DNA of 64,000 nucleotides. Source: Chiloscyllium plagiosum. Lineage: Eukaryota. The position numbers and the translations under genes were made by a program. The notes beneath the pieces are model-generated. The model saw only the letters and a list, made by a program, of their open reading frames with translations. It made no database searches and was not told where the DNA came from. The DNA is taken from contig NC_057752.1 in NCBI RefSeq assembly GCF_004010195.1, positions 7,631,651 through 7,695,650 on the forward strand, in the 5' to 3' direction. Shown here one piece after another: positions 51,466-62,579 of the stretch (its first letter is position 1; the number at the start of each line of letters is the position of its first letter).

Positions 51466-51970
51466 ATTGTCCTAACTCGCCAGCAATTTTTTAAAAAAGA
51501 ATTATTTTCATGGTATCTCGGTCAGGAAAAAGCCAGATGCGAAATAATGAGACTTGCTGCTACCATGGATCATTGGGCTGGCACATCCAATGACTCAGTT
51601 AGTCAACTGTGGCCACACTTGAGGTTTCCATTCCCTTAATTTCTGTCCATCACTTTTACATCCAAGCCACTTCAGAATTGATCCAATTTTTCCACTCCGT
51701 CCACTAATGTGCTCTCTTTGCCAGTTACAGCCAATGCAAATAAGCAAACCAAGGATGTGTACTCTGAGCACATTATTAGTCAGTGGTGTCAGAGCCATTT
51801 TTTAAATCATGCCCGATTTGTTTATGCTAGTAGAGGAGAATCAGCTCCCCCTGTTTACTGAATAAATAAAATACAGTCTGGGAACTGAAATAACTCCACA
51901 GAGGCTGCTATCACGTCAGCATGTCATCCTTTATTTACAGATGAACAGTATCACTGACACTCCTATTTAT

Positions 51971-53701
51971 TTTTTTAAATTTTATTAAACATTTACAAAA
52001 GAGTTTACAGAAAAACAGTTAACATTTACAGCTGTATACAACAGCAATTTTACAAGGGAGAGGAGCAGCAAAGCCAGGCCCCAAACCCGACCGTTCAACC
52101 AGTTTACAGGGAAATGAGGACAAACCACAAATCCCAGTTTCAAATGTACCAATGTCATTGTTGATGTCTTTGCATAGGAGACAATCCTGTTACATAGGAA
52201 AGTGCAGACAATACAGACCCAGCAAGCCCCCGTGCCTCCCACCTTCCGGCCACTCTAAGGCAGCCCGCCCCTACGCTGCTCCTGGCTCTCGGCCCAGCCC
52301 ATGCCTCTACCAGTTCTTGGTCCACCCTGACACACCTTACAACCACCTCTCGGACAGCCCACCCCCGTACCTGCCCGAGGTGACAGCACTGAGGATGGCT
52401 ACCCGCCTTCTGGCTCTCGGTCTGCCCCTACGTACCATTGGACTCTCACCCACCCCGATGCGCCGTCCGACCAGTGGGCTATCCTGACACACCTTCCGGC
52501 CAGCCCTCTAGGACAGCCCATCCCTTACCTGGGATGACAGCGTGCAGGGTAGCCCACAAACCTTTTGGATCTCAGCCTGCCCCTATGCGCCTTCTGGCTC
52601 TCAGCTGCTCTGACACACCTTCCGACCACCTCTAGGACAGCCTGTCCCGAGCATCCCTTCTCGGGACGACAGTGCTCAGAATGGTCTACCCACCATCTGG
52701 CTCTCGGGGCGACTGGCATCAGGGTGGCCTACCCACCCTCCGGCCCTCAGGGTGACAGCTTTCAGGACGACCCATGAGGCTCCCAGCTCACAGTAAGGCC
52801 TGCCAGACCCAGGGACACACAAGACAGTGCAAGTGATAGACCCAACAAATGCCACAATACAGTTAATTACCAAAAAACACAGAGTCCTTTCTGGTGCACA
52901 CAGAGTCCAGATATAGAGTCTTCAAAGTGTAGAGTCCATTCTCAGGAACAGAGTCCACTCCAGTTTTTGAGGTGCATTGTCCAAAATGGAGTCCACTCCA
53001 AATGGTAGAGTTCACGCCTGAAGGCAGCAAATGCACACCCCACAGCACACAGGTGTTCAGTCTCCACGGAGTCCTGACCCAGCCTTGGAAAACCAGGCCC
53101 ACTCACAGGAACAGTACATTGTACAGGTGCAGTTAACTCACAGGTTTGGTCCACTCCCAAAGGGAAGGTCTTCACCCAAACTCCAGGATACAGCAACTGC
53201 TCACCTCCCAGCGCACACACAGGTGTTCAATCTTCAGAGGCCTAGTCCCAGGGCTAGGCCTCCCCACAGGAACAGCTCCTCTGGTAAAATGTATGTCTTC
53301 CACAAGGGCTCAGTCCAAAACACCAAAAACAGTGAAGACACTTACACAAAAAACAAAGGAAACTAGAGTCCAAGGGCTAAGCCCTACCACAAAATTAACA
53401 TTGTCCTTTTCTCAGAAAGAGAAAGGAGAGAAAAGAGTAACACACAGGCTGTAACCAGCCAGTGAAACAACAGTCCCCTAATGAGAACTGAGCTACACCT
53501 GAAACACATTATGCACATCAGGAGTTTAACAATCAGTCCTCACTAAAAGGAATGCCAGTTAACAAACTGGCTAAATAATTCAGCCAGTTCAGGAATCAGG
53601 TTTCCCCCTCAAAAAAAAGGAAGCAGAAACTAACAGTAACATACTGATTGTAGCACCAACCAGCACAGAGTCAGTCCCCCTAAATTGAGGAGACTCTGAA
53701 T
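51971..53701 (-). mobile_element. Non-autonomous A-tailed element, copy 2
   Basis: Flanked on both sides by ATAAATAGGAG (minus; 53702-53712 and 51960-51970); same head and tail as copy 1. Confidence 0.88.
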
Positions 53702-53976
53702 CTCCTATTTATATCTGTCAGCCAGGGCTCCCTGGTTGGACCAGATTAACAGCCCCAATCAGGGAACTCATTCTATGAGATCCATGTGGCTGACCTCGTT
53801 ACAGTCTGAGGATATACGCTGGTCCTTTTGCTTGGAGAGCCTCCTGGGGCGTTTTAGCACCAGGTCAGGTTCCTCCGACCAGATATCTGACATGGACGGC
53901 ATGTTGCGCCAGGCACGCCTTGGTAGAATTTCTCTCTTTTTCCGGCATCAAACGTATTGAGGTGACTACATCAGTG

Positions 53977-54300
53977 GGCGGCACGGTGGCACAGTGGTTA
54001 GCACTGCTGCCTCACAGCGCCAGAGACCCGGGTTCAATTCCCGCCTCAGGTGACTGACTGTGTGGAGTTTGCACATTCTCCCCGTGTCTGCATGGGTTTC
54101 CTCCGGGTGCTCCGGTTTCCTCCCACAGTCCAAAAAATGTGCAGATTAGGTGAATTGACCATGCTAAATTGCCTGTAGTGTTAGGTGCAGGGGTAAATGT
54201 AGGGGAATGGGTCTGGGTGGGTGCGCTTCAGCGGGTCGGTGTGGACTTGTTGGGCCGAAGGGCCTGTTTCCACACTGTTAGTAATCTAATCTAATCTAAT
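53977..54300 (+). mobile_element. HE1-like V-SINE (tRNA head, V domain, CR1-type tail)
   Basis: GGCACGGTGGCACAGTGGTTAGC...GGGTTCAATTCC; TGTGTGGAGTTTGCACATTCTCCCCGTGTCTGC...GGGTGCTCCGGTTTCCTCCCAC; GGGCCGAAGGGCCTGTTTCC followed by (TAATC)n. Confidence 0.9.
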
Positions 54301-56254
54301 CATGTCCATCTCTGATTCAGAGGACTCGACAACGCTTGATGGACAGAGTGAATCTATGGGCACCGGCAGCATTTCAGAATGGTCTGAGGAGCCGGGCATG
54401 TCTTACTCCCGCACAATTCGCAAAATTGCACCTTTCATCTGGTTCACATGCTTGTTCAGGACCATCGCTGCTAGCCGAATTTTATATGTCACTGGACCTG
54501 ACCTCGTGTTGACCATGCCTCTTACACCAAACTGTCTCTTTCACTTGGGTGGAGTCTTATTTCTGGGATTATTGTTTGTGATGCTTTTTCATCCTCCATC
54601 CCCAGGTCTGGGAAGATCAGAGCTAACCTGGTGCGGTGCCTTCTCCCCATTAGTGACTCTGCCAATGCTATCCCTGTAGTTGCACGAGGGGTGGTCCTAT
54701 AATCAAACAGGAACCAGGACAGTTTGGTAACTAGTGAAACTGTAGGCTGTTTCTTCAATCCAGCCTTCAAGTTTGGACAGCTTTTAATGCCAGGCCATCG
54801 GATGATGGGTGGTATGGAGCCATCCTTATATGTTGAATCCCACTCAACATTAGGAAATACCCATATTCCCTGCTGGTAAGTGATGGCCCATTTTCTGTGG
54901 CCAACAGCTTCAAGACTCCATGTGTAGAAAAAGATGTGCACAGTTTTCCTTCTGTGATCCCAGTGTTTGACGAATGGACCCGATACACGTCCAACCACTT
55001 TGGGCATCTACAATGAGTACGAACATTCAGTCCATGAAAGGACCGGCATAGTCGATGTGCCACTGTGTCCAAGGTTTACCCAATCATTCCCACAGATGTG
55101 GGGGAACTGCTGGCAGTAATCTTTGTTCTTGTTGGCACTCTGGGCACTGCCCCACCAATGTGACTATGTTTATATGTAGACCTGATCACCAGACATAACT
55201 TCGCACCATCATCTTCACTTTGGATACCCCTGGATGGCCCTGGTGGAGATCAGCCAGTGTTTGACAGCAACCTTTGTTCAGGATGATCACTCTCACTCCC
55301 ATAACAATATGTCATCCTCTACCAGGAGCTGGACTCTCTGGGTCCAAAAAGGTTTTGATTCTAGTTGTGACAGGCCTTTGGTTTCCCCATTAATACCAGT
55401 TGTTTCAATTTTGCCAGGGCAGGGTCTTTCTGCATCCAAAGTCCAATCTTGTCAGCTGTGATTGGGATTGTGTCCAGAAAATTTAATCCCTTTACAGACT
55501 CTTCCATTGGGGGTACCACTGATGATGGACCTACTAATGGGAGGGAGCTCAATGCTTCCACATTTGCTAATCGGCCTCCTGGATGGTGGTCCAACTTGTA
55601 ATTACAAGCACTTATTCTTAAAGACCACCGTTGAATGTGGCCTGAAACTATGGGCAGCGCTGCCTTGTCCTCTTTAAGCATACCATGTAAGGGTTTGTGG
55701 TCCGTACTTATCATATATTTTCATCCATAAAGGTTTTGGTGGAATGTACTGACTCCAAATACAACTGCCAATCCTTCTATTTCTATCTGGGCGTATTTAT
55801 GCTTTGCATTCACCCAAGTCCTGGATGCATGCGCTATTGGGCATTCCTCTCCACTGGGCCTCCTCTGATCTAATACCACTTCGATGCTGTATAGGAAGGC
55901 ATTGCACGTCAATACCAGATTTCACTTGGGATCATAAATGTGCCAATGCCTGAGAGGATGATAGCTGTGTCTTCACTTTCCTGAAGACAATGGCTTGGCT
56001 ATGCAACCATTTCAAAAGCTGACCCTTTTTTAAGATGCAAAGATGCCAGGATGGAGGCCAGGTTATGTCTGAACTTTCTGTAATAATTCACCAACCCAAG
56101 GAAAGCTCCAGTACAGATGTGGGAACCAGGACGCCTTTAATCACCCTCACTTTATTTCCAATGGGTGTAACCTGGTTTTGTCGACTCTGTAGCCCAATTA
56201 GGTCACTTGGGGTGCCTGGAACAAATAATTTTCCCTTCTCAGTCATACACCTCA

Positions 56255-57080
56255 TACAGTCATAGTATCATGGAGATGTACAGCATGGGAACAGATCTTT
56301 TGGTCCTACCTGTTCGTGCCGACCAGATATGCTAAATAAATCCAGTCCCCTTTGCCAGCAGTTGGACCATATCCCTCTAAACCCATCCTAATCATATACC
56401 CATCCAGATGCCTTTGAAATGTTGCAATTGTACTAGCCTCCACCACTTCCTCTGGCAGCTCATTCCATACACATACCACCCTCTGCATGAAAAACTTGCC
56501 CCTTAGGCCCATTTTAAATCTTCCCCCTGTCACCTTAAATCTATGCCCTCTAGTTTTGGACTCCCCCACCCCAGGTAAAATATCTTATTTACCTTACCTG
56601 TGCCCCTCATGATTTTATAAAACTCTATAAGGTCATCCCTCAGCCTCTGACGCTCCAGGGAAAATAGCCCCAGCCTATTCAGCCTGTCTCTACCCAGTCT
56701 CCAACCCTGGCAACATGCTTGTAAATCTTTTCTACACCCTTTCAAGTTTCACAACATCCTTCCTATTGCAGGAGACCAGAATTGCACGCAGTATTCCAAA
56801 GGGTGCCTAACAGCCACAACATGACCTCCTAACTACTATACTCTATGCTCTGACCAATAAAGGAAAGCATACTAAATACTTTCTTCACTATCCTATCATT
56901 GTTCCACTTTCAAGGGACTATGAACCTGCACTCCAAGGTCTCTTTGTTCAGCAACACTCCCTAGGACCTGACCATTAAGTGTATAAGATTTGCTTTCCCA
57001 AAATGCAGCACCTCGCATTTATCTAAATTAAACTCCATCTGCCACTCTTTGGCCCATTGGCCCATCTGATCAAGATCCCG
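56255..57080 (-). mobile_element. CR1 3' fragment nested in Gypsy C RT
   Basis: KTRGHRFKV, FFMQRVVCVWNELPEEVVEA; same family as 5300-7900. Confidence 0.9.
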
Positions 57081-58331
57081 CTTGCCTTAGAAAAACACCT
57101 TAGGACTACATCCAAGTTCTCTAAGTGTTCCTTATTAGTTTTCCCTGTTATTAGGACATCATCTAGATAAATGACGACCTGCGGTAGACCTTGCAAAATG
57201 CTCTCCATCATCCGCTGAAAAATTAAATAGGCAGAAGTTACCCCAAATGGCAGTCTTGTATGTTGCTACTAACCCTTATGGAAACCCTTCTGGGAACCCT
57301 CATTTAACCACAATTGCAAATACACATGGCTCATATCCAGCTTCATGAAAGACAGCCCACCCCCACCCCCAGCCAGCATTGTGTATAAATCCTCTGTGCG
57401 AGGCATTGGGTATTTACCCAGCTGTGAGAAGCGGTTTACCAGTTGTTTAAAATCCTCACAAAGGCAAACTAACCCGTTGGGCTTCACAATCAGTACAACT
57501 GGTACTGCCCATTCCACAAACTGGATGGGTTTGATGATTCCTTCACTTTCCAACCTCTGATTTCTGACTCTACTTTTGCCCATAAGGCAAATGGCACTGG
57601 ACGGGTCTTGCAGAATCGTGGAATTGCTTCCTGGTCAATATGTAAGGTGACCTTGGCTCCTTTGATAGTCCCTAGACCTTCCTGAAAAACATATAGGTAT
57701 TTAATTAGGACTTCACCCAGGCAGTCATTTTCTAACTGAAAAATGTTAAGCCAATCAAAATGAATCTTTCTCAATTTCCCTCATTAAGCTTGGGCCTGAG
57801 TCTTTTACTACAACCAGTTGTAACTGAACCAGCTGCTTTTGATAAGAGACCGAAATCGAAGTTGTACTCTTAATCTGTAAAGGTTCTCTGGGATCAGTTC
57901 TCAGTCTCGCCGAGGTATTGCACAAACATATGGGTTGGAGACCAAAGTGAATTTTGTTCAAGACTGGTTCTGTAATCACTGAAACGGCTGCGCCGGTATC
58001 AACCTCCTTTAGAGCTGGGTGACCATTTAACCAGACGTTTATTTTGATTGGTTCTGATTTGGATGTTGCTAAGTAATTTAACTGTTCCAGACCAAATGCC
58101 ATGGGCTTTCCAGGGTGTGCACTCTCCTGGATACCAGCTGATGTGTTCTCTTACTCAACTCAGGTCTAATAGGACTCCTTTGCTATCTGAAGTCTGCATA
58201 CTGGCAACAACTACAATGGCTTGCTGTATCCATCACCAAGTCACCCTTTATTGACCGGTCCTTGACTTTTGTACTGCCTCATTCAGAATCAGGCACCAGA
58301 GTGTCAGCATCTCTGCAACTTCTCTTTTTAT

Positions 58332-60420
58332 TATTTTATTAAACAATTACAAAAGAGTTTACAGAAAAACAGTTAACATTTACAGCTGTATACAACAGCA
58401 ATTTTACAAGGGAGAGGAGCAGCAAAGCCAGGCCCCAAACCCTACCGTTCAACCAGTTTACAGGGAAATGAGGACAAACTACAAATCCCAGTTTCAAATA
58501 TGAAAAGACATCAACAATGACATTTCTACATGAGACAATCCTGTTACATAGGAACGTGCAGACAATACAGACCCAGCAAGCCCCCGTCCCTCTAAGGCAG
58601 CCCGCCCCTACTCACCTTCCGGCTCTCGATCCACCCCATGCCCCTTCCAGTTCTCGGTCCGCCCTGACACACCTTACGACCAGCTCTAGGACAGCCCATC
58701 CCGGTACCCGCCCGAGGTGACAGCGGTCAGGACGGCCTACCCACCTTCCGGCTTCACTAACCACCCTCAGCACCTTTCGACCACCTCTCGGACAGCCCGC
58801 CATGATACCTGCCCAGGGTGACACCACTGAGGACGGCTACCTGCCTTCTGGCTCTTGGTCTGCCCCTACGTACCATTGGGCTCTCACCCACCCAAATGCA
58901 CCATCCGGCCTGTGAACTGCCCTGACACACCTTCCAGCCACCTCTAGGACAGCCCGTCCCCTTCCCCAGGGACGACAGCGTGCAGGGTAGCCCATAAGCC
59001 TTCCGGATCTCAGCCTGCCCCTACGCACCTTCTGGCTCTTGGCTGCTCTGACGCCTCCCGACCACCTCTAGGACAGCCCATCCCTTCTCAGGGCGACAGC
59101 GCTCAGAACGGCGTACCCACCATATGGTTCTTGGGGTGACAGCTTTCAGGACGACCCATAAGGCTCCCAGCTCACAGTAAGGCCTGCCAGACCCAGGGAC
59201 ACACAAGACAGTACAAGTGATAGACCCAACTAACACCACAATACAGTTAATTACCAAAAAACAGAGTCCTTTCTGGTACACATTCCAAATATAGAGTCTT
59301 CAAAATATAGAGTCCATTTCCAGGAAGAGTCCACTCCAGTATACGATGTACATTGTCAGAAATAGAGTCCGCTCCAAACTGCAGAGTCCATTGCTAAAAA
59401 CAGAGTCCACAACCGAGGGCAAAGTCCACTCCTGGAGGCAGCAAATGCACACCCCACAGCACACAGGTGTTCAGTCTCAATGGAGTCCTGGCCCAGCCTT
59501 GGAGAGCCAGGCCCACTCACAGGAACACAGTACATAGTACAGGTGCAGTTAACTCACAGGGGTTTGGTCCATTCCTGAAGGAAAGGTCTTCTCCCAAACT
59601 CCAGGATACAGCAANNNNNNNNNNNNNNNNNNNNNNNNNNNNNNNNNNNNNNNNNNNNNNNNNNNNNNNNNNNNNNNNNNNNNNNNNNNNNNNNNNNNNN
59701 NNNNNNNNNNNNNNNNNNNNNNNNNNNNNNNNNNNNNNNNNNNNNNNNNNNNNNNNNNNNNNNNNNNNNNNNNNNNNNNNNNNNNNNNNNNNNNNNNNNN
59801 NNNNNNNNNNNNNNNNNNNNNNNNNNNNNNNNNNNNNNNNNNNNNNNNNNNNNNNNNNNNNNNNNNNNNNNNNNNNNNNNNNNNNNNNNNNNNNNNNNNN
59901 NNNNNNNNNNNNNNNNNNNNNNNNNNNNNNNNNNNNNNNNNNNNNNNNNNNNNNNNNNNNNNNNNNNNNNNNNNNNNNNNNNNNNNNNNNNNNNNNNNNN
60001 NNNNNNNNNNNNNNNNNNNNNNNNNNNNNNNNNNNNNNNNNNNNNNNNNNNNNNNNNNNNNNNNNNNNNNNNNNNNNNNNNNNNNNNNNNNNNNNNNNNN
60101 NNNNNNNNNNNNNNNNNNNNNNNNNNNNNNNNNNNNNNNNNNNNNNNNNNNNNNNNNNNNNNACAGGCTGTAACCAGCCAGTGAAACAACAGTCCCCTAA
60201 TGAGAACTGAGCTACACCTGAAACACATTGTGTGCATCAGGAGTTTAACAATCAGTCCTCACTAAAAGGAATGCCAGTTAACAAACTGGCTAAATAATTC
60301 AGCCAGTTCAGGAATCAGGTTTCCCCCTCCCAAAAAAAGGAAGCAGAAACTAACAGTAACATACTGACTGTAAAACCAACCAGCACAGAGTCAGTCCCCC
60401 AAACTGAGGAGACTCTGAAT
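58332..60420 (-). mobile_element. Non-autonomous A-tailed element, copy 3 (spans gap)
   Basis: Head follows TATAAACAGGAG (60421-60432); tail TTTAATAAAATAATAAAAA; body homologous to copies 1 and 2. Confidence 0.85.
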
Positions 60421-61139
60421 CTCCTGTTTATATCAGTCAGCCAGGGCTCCCTGATTTGACCAGATTAACAGCCTCAATCAGGGAACTCAGAATCTATGAG
60501 GTCCACCTGGCTGACCTCATATCATCACTGCAGGAACAATTTGGCCTGGCCTGGTCATATAGAGGTGTTGAGAATGAAGCTACTGAATACAAAACAATCT
60601 CTGAAATTGCACTACTACTGTTGACTCACTTAGCTATGTAGTCCACTATTTGGTTTTGGCAGAGGTTGTGTAGTAATATGAGTGCACTGAGAGCTATGAA
60701 AATAGCATAATTGAATTAAATATGATGAAAATGGAATTATTATATGGCCTTAAGGCATTTGGAATCACATTTTGTGTTCCTCATTTTTCGTGGCAGCAAA
60801 TACTCAGGAAATAAGTCCTTTTTTGATTTAACTAGCAATTTCTCTTTTGTCTGTGGTGGCCAATCAAATTGTTACTGTACAAGCACACTTGTAGTGACAT
60901 TGTAACTTTGTAATTTACGACTTCTATGTGGTAGCTTTATATATTGGTTGCTACATCCTAACTAATTTTATGGTCAGTTATTCCATCTTGATGATATTGT
61001 GGCATTGTAATTTACAACTTCTAATTAATTATTGAATTGAACTGGGTATACATTAGTATACATTTAGTATACATTTAGAAACTGAGGTGCAAATAAAAGT
61101 TACAGTTAGCTGTATATCACCATTACCCTGCAGGGAGTC

Positions 61140-61336
61140 AGAGCTGAAGATGTGTTGCTGGAAAAGCGCAGCAGGTCAGGCAGTATCCAAGGAACAGGAG
61201 AATCGACGTTTCGGGCATAAGCCCTTATGCCCAAAATGTCAATTCTCCTGTTCCTTGGATGTTGCCTGACCTGCTGCACTTTTCCAGCAACACATTTTCA
61301 GCTCTGATCTCCAGCATCTGCAGTCCTCACTTTCTC
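61140..61336. repeat. Fold-back copy of the Penelope-type short repeat
   Basis: ~80-bp inverted arms meeting at GGGCATAAGCCCTTATGCCC; flanked by the direct repeat CTGCAG(G/A)GAGTCA (61128-61140 and 61337-61349). Confidence 0.85.
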
Positions 61337-61354
61337 CTGCAGAGAGTCACCCTA

Positions 61355-62545
61355 TTTTGACACATTGAGACAGAGGGAGCTTGGCTGAGGTGTTAGATGA
61401 ATAGTTTGCATCTGTTTTTACAAAAGAGGAGGATGCTGCCCAGGCCATGCTGACAATGAAGAAAAGTATGTTACCAGAAGGGTTCAAAATTAATAATTCT
61501 CACCAGTCATATTTCGCTTGACAGGATGATTAACTTTGCAAATTGGACAGCTATTGCAGATGACATTAAGAAATAATGATTTTTTTGTTCCTGGTTATTG
61601 GACTGGATTTTAAGATTTTTGTCCTGCAGCTCCACTTATTTGATACAAAGATAGAATAAGGAAGAAGTCGTGGATAGATTATTGGTACTTACAGTTGACA
61701 AGGAACCAGGAGAGATGTAATCAAAGATTTTGAAGAATGTGAGGATTGAAATCGGATTCAGGGGAGGCGCCGAAAGACTGGAGAAATGTAAATCAAAAAA
61801 GCTTCTCAGGATAATCCCTGCAATTACAGACCAGCTAGTTTAACTTTGGTGGTGGGGAAACTCCAACAAATAATTATTTGGAATAGAATTACTAGTTGCA
61901 TAGAAAAAGGTAAGTTGATTAGGAAGAGTCAGCATGAATTTCTGAAGGGAAAATCATGTTTAACTAACTTTGTCGAGTTTTCATTTAGGTCGTAATAGAA
62001 AGGGTCAATGAAGGTAACGCTGTGGATGTGGTATGTGTAGATTTCCAGAAGGTACTTGATGCAATGCCACACAAGAGACTTGTGAGGAAAGTTATAGGTC
62101 ATGGTATAAGAGGGAAAGTAGCAATGTGGATATAAAACTGGCTGAGTGATATGAAACAGAGAGTAAGGGTTAATGTATACTTTGTGTGCTCGAGGAATGT
62201 TTGTAGTCCAGTTCACCAAGGTTCGGAATTGGACCCTTGCTTTTCCTGTTATATATTAATAATCTCAATCTTGGTGGGCAGGGTACAATTTAAAAGTTTG
62301 CAGATGAATTGTAAACTTTGAGAAAAGCAGTGTGGATATTCAAAAGGACATTGACAAGTTGGTGGAGTGGGCACATAAGTGGCAGATAAGGTTCAATACA
62401 TGGAGGTGCGAGATGATGTACTTTGTTTGAAAGGACATTGAAAGGCAATATAAAATAGGGGATACAATTCTAAAAGGGGTGCAGCAGCAAAGGGACCGTG
62501 ACAAAGACATACACAGATCATAGAAAGTGGCAACACAGTTTGAGA
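61355..62545 (+). mobile_element. Old CR1 LINE fragments
   Basis: DE.FASVFTKE, NYRP, SQHEFLKGKSCLTN and KFAD motifs. Confidence 0.75.
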
Positions 62546-62579
62546 CGGCAATATTTTAGGGCAGCATAGTTGCACAGTG

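Larger units (their letters stand above)
51886..60532 (-). mobile_element. Gypsy C provirus; both LTRs interrupted; gag largely deleted; HE1 SINE and CR1 nested inside
   Basis: 5-bp TSD GGAAC (51881-51885 and 60533-60537); KEVDTGAAVS protease, [12 protein letters not shown], RNase H and integrase motifs; LTR halves at 51886-51970/53702-53803 and ~58225-58331/60421-60532. Confidence 0.92.

Noticed and set aside
53977..54050. tRNA gene
   Set aside because: It is the tRNA-derived head of an HE1-like SINE.
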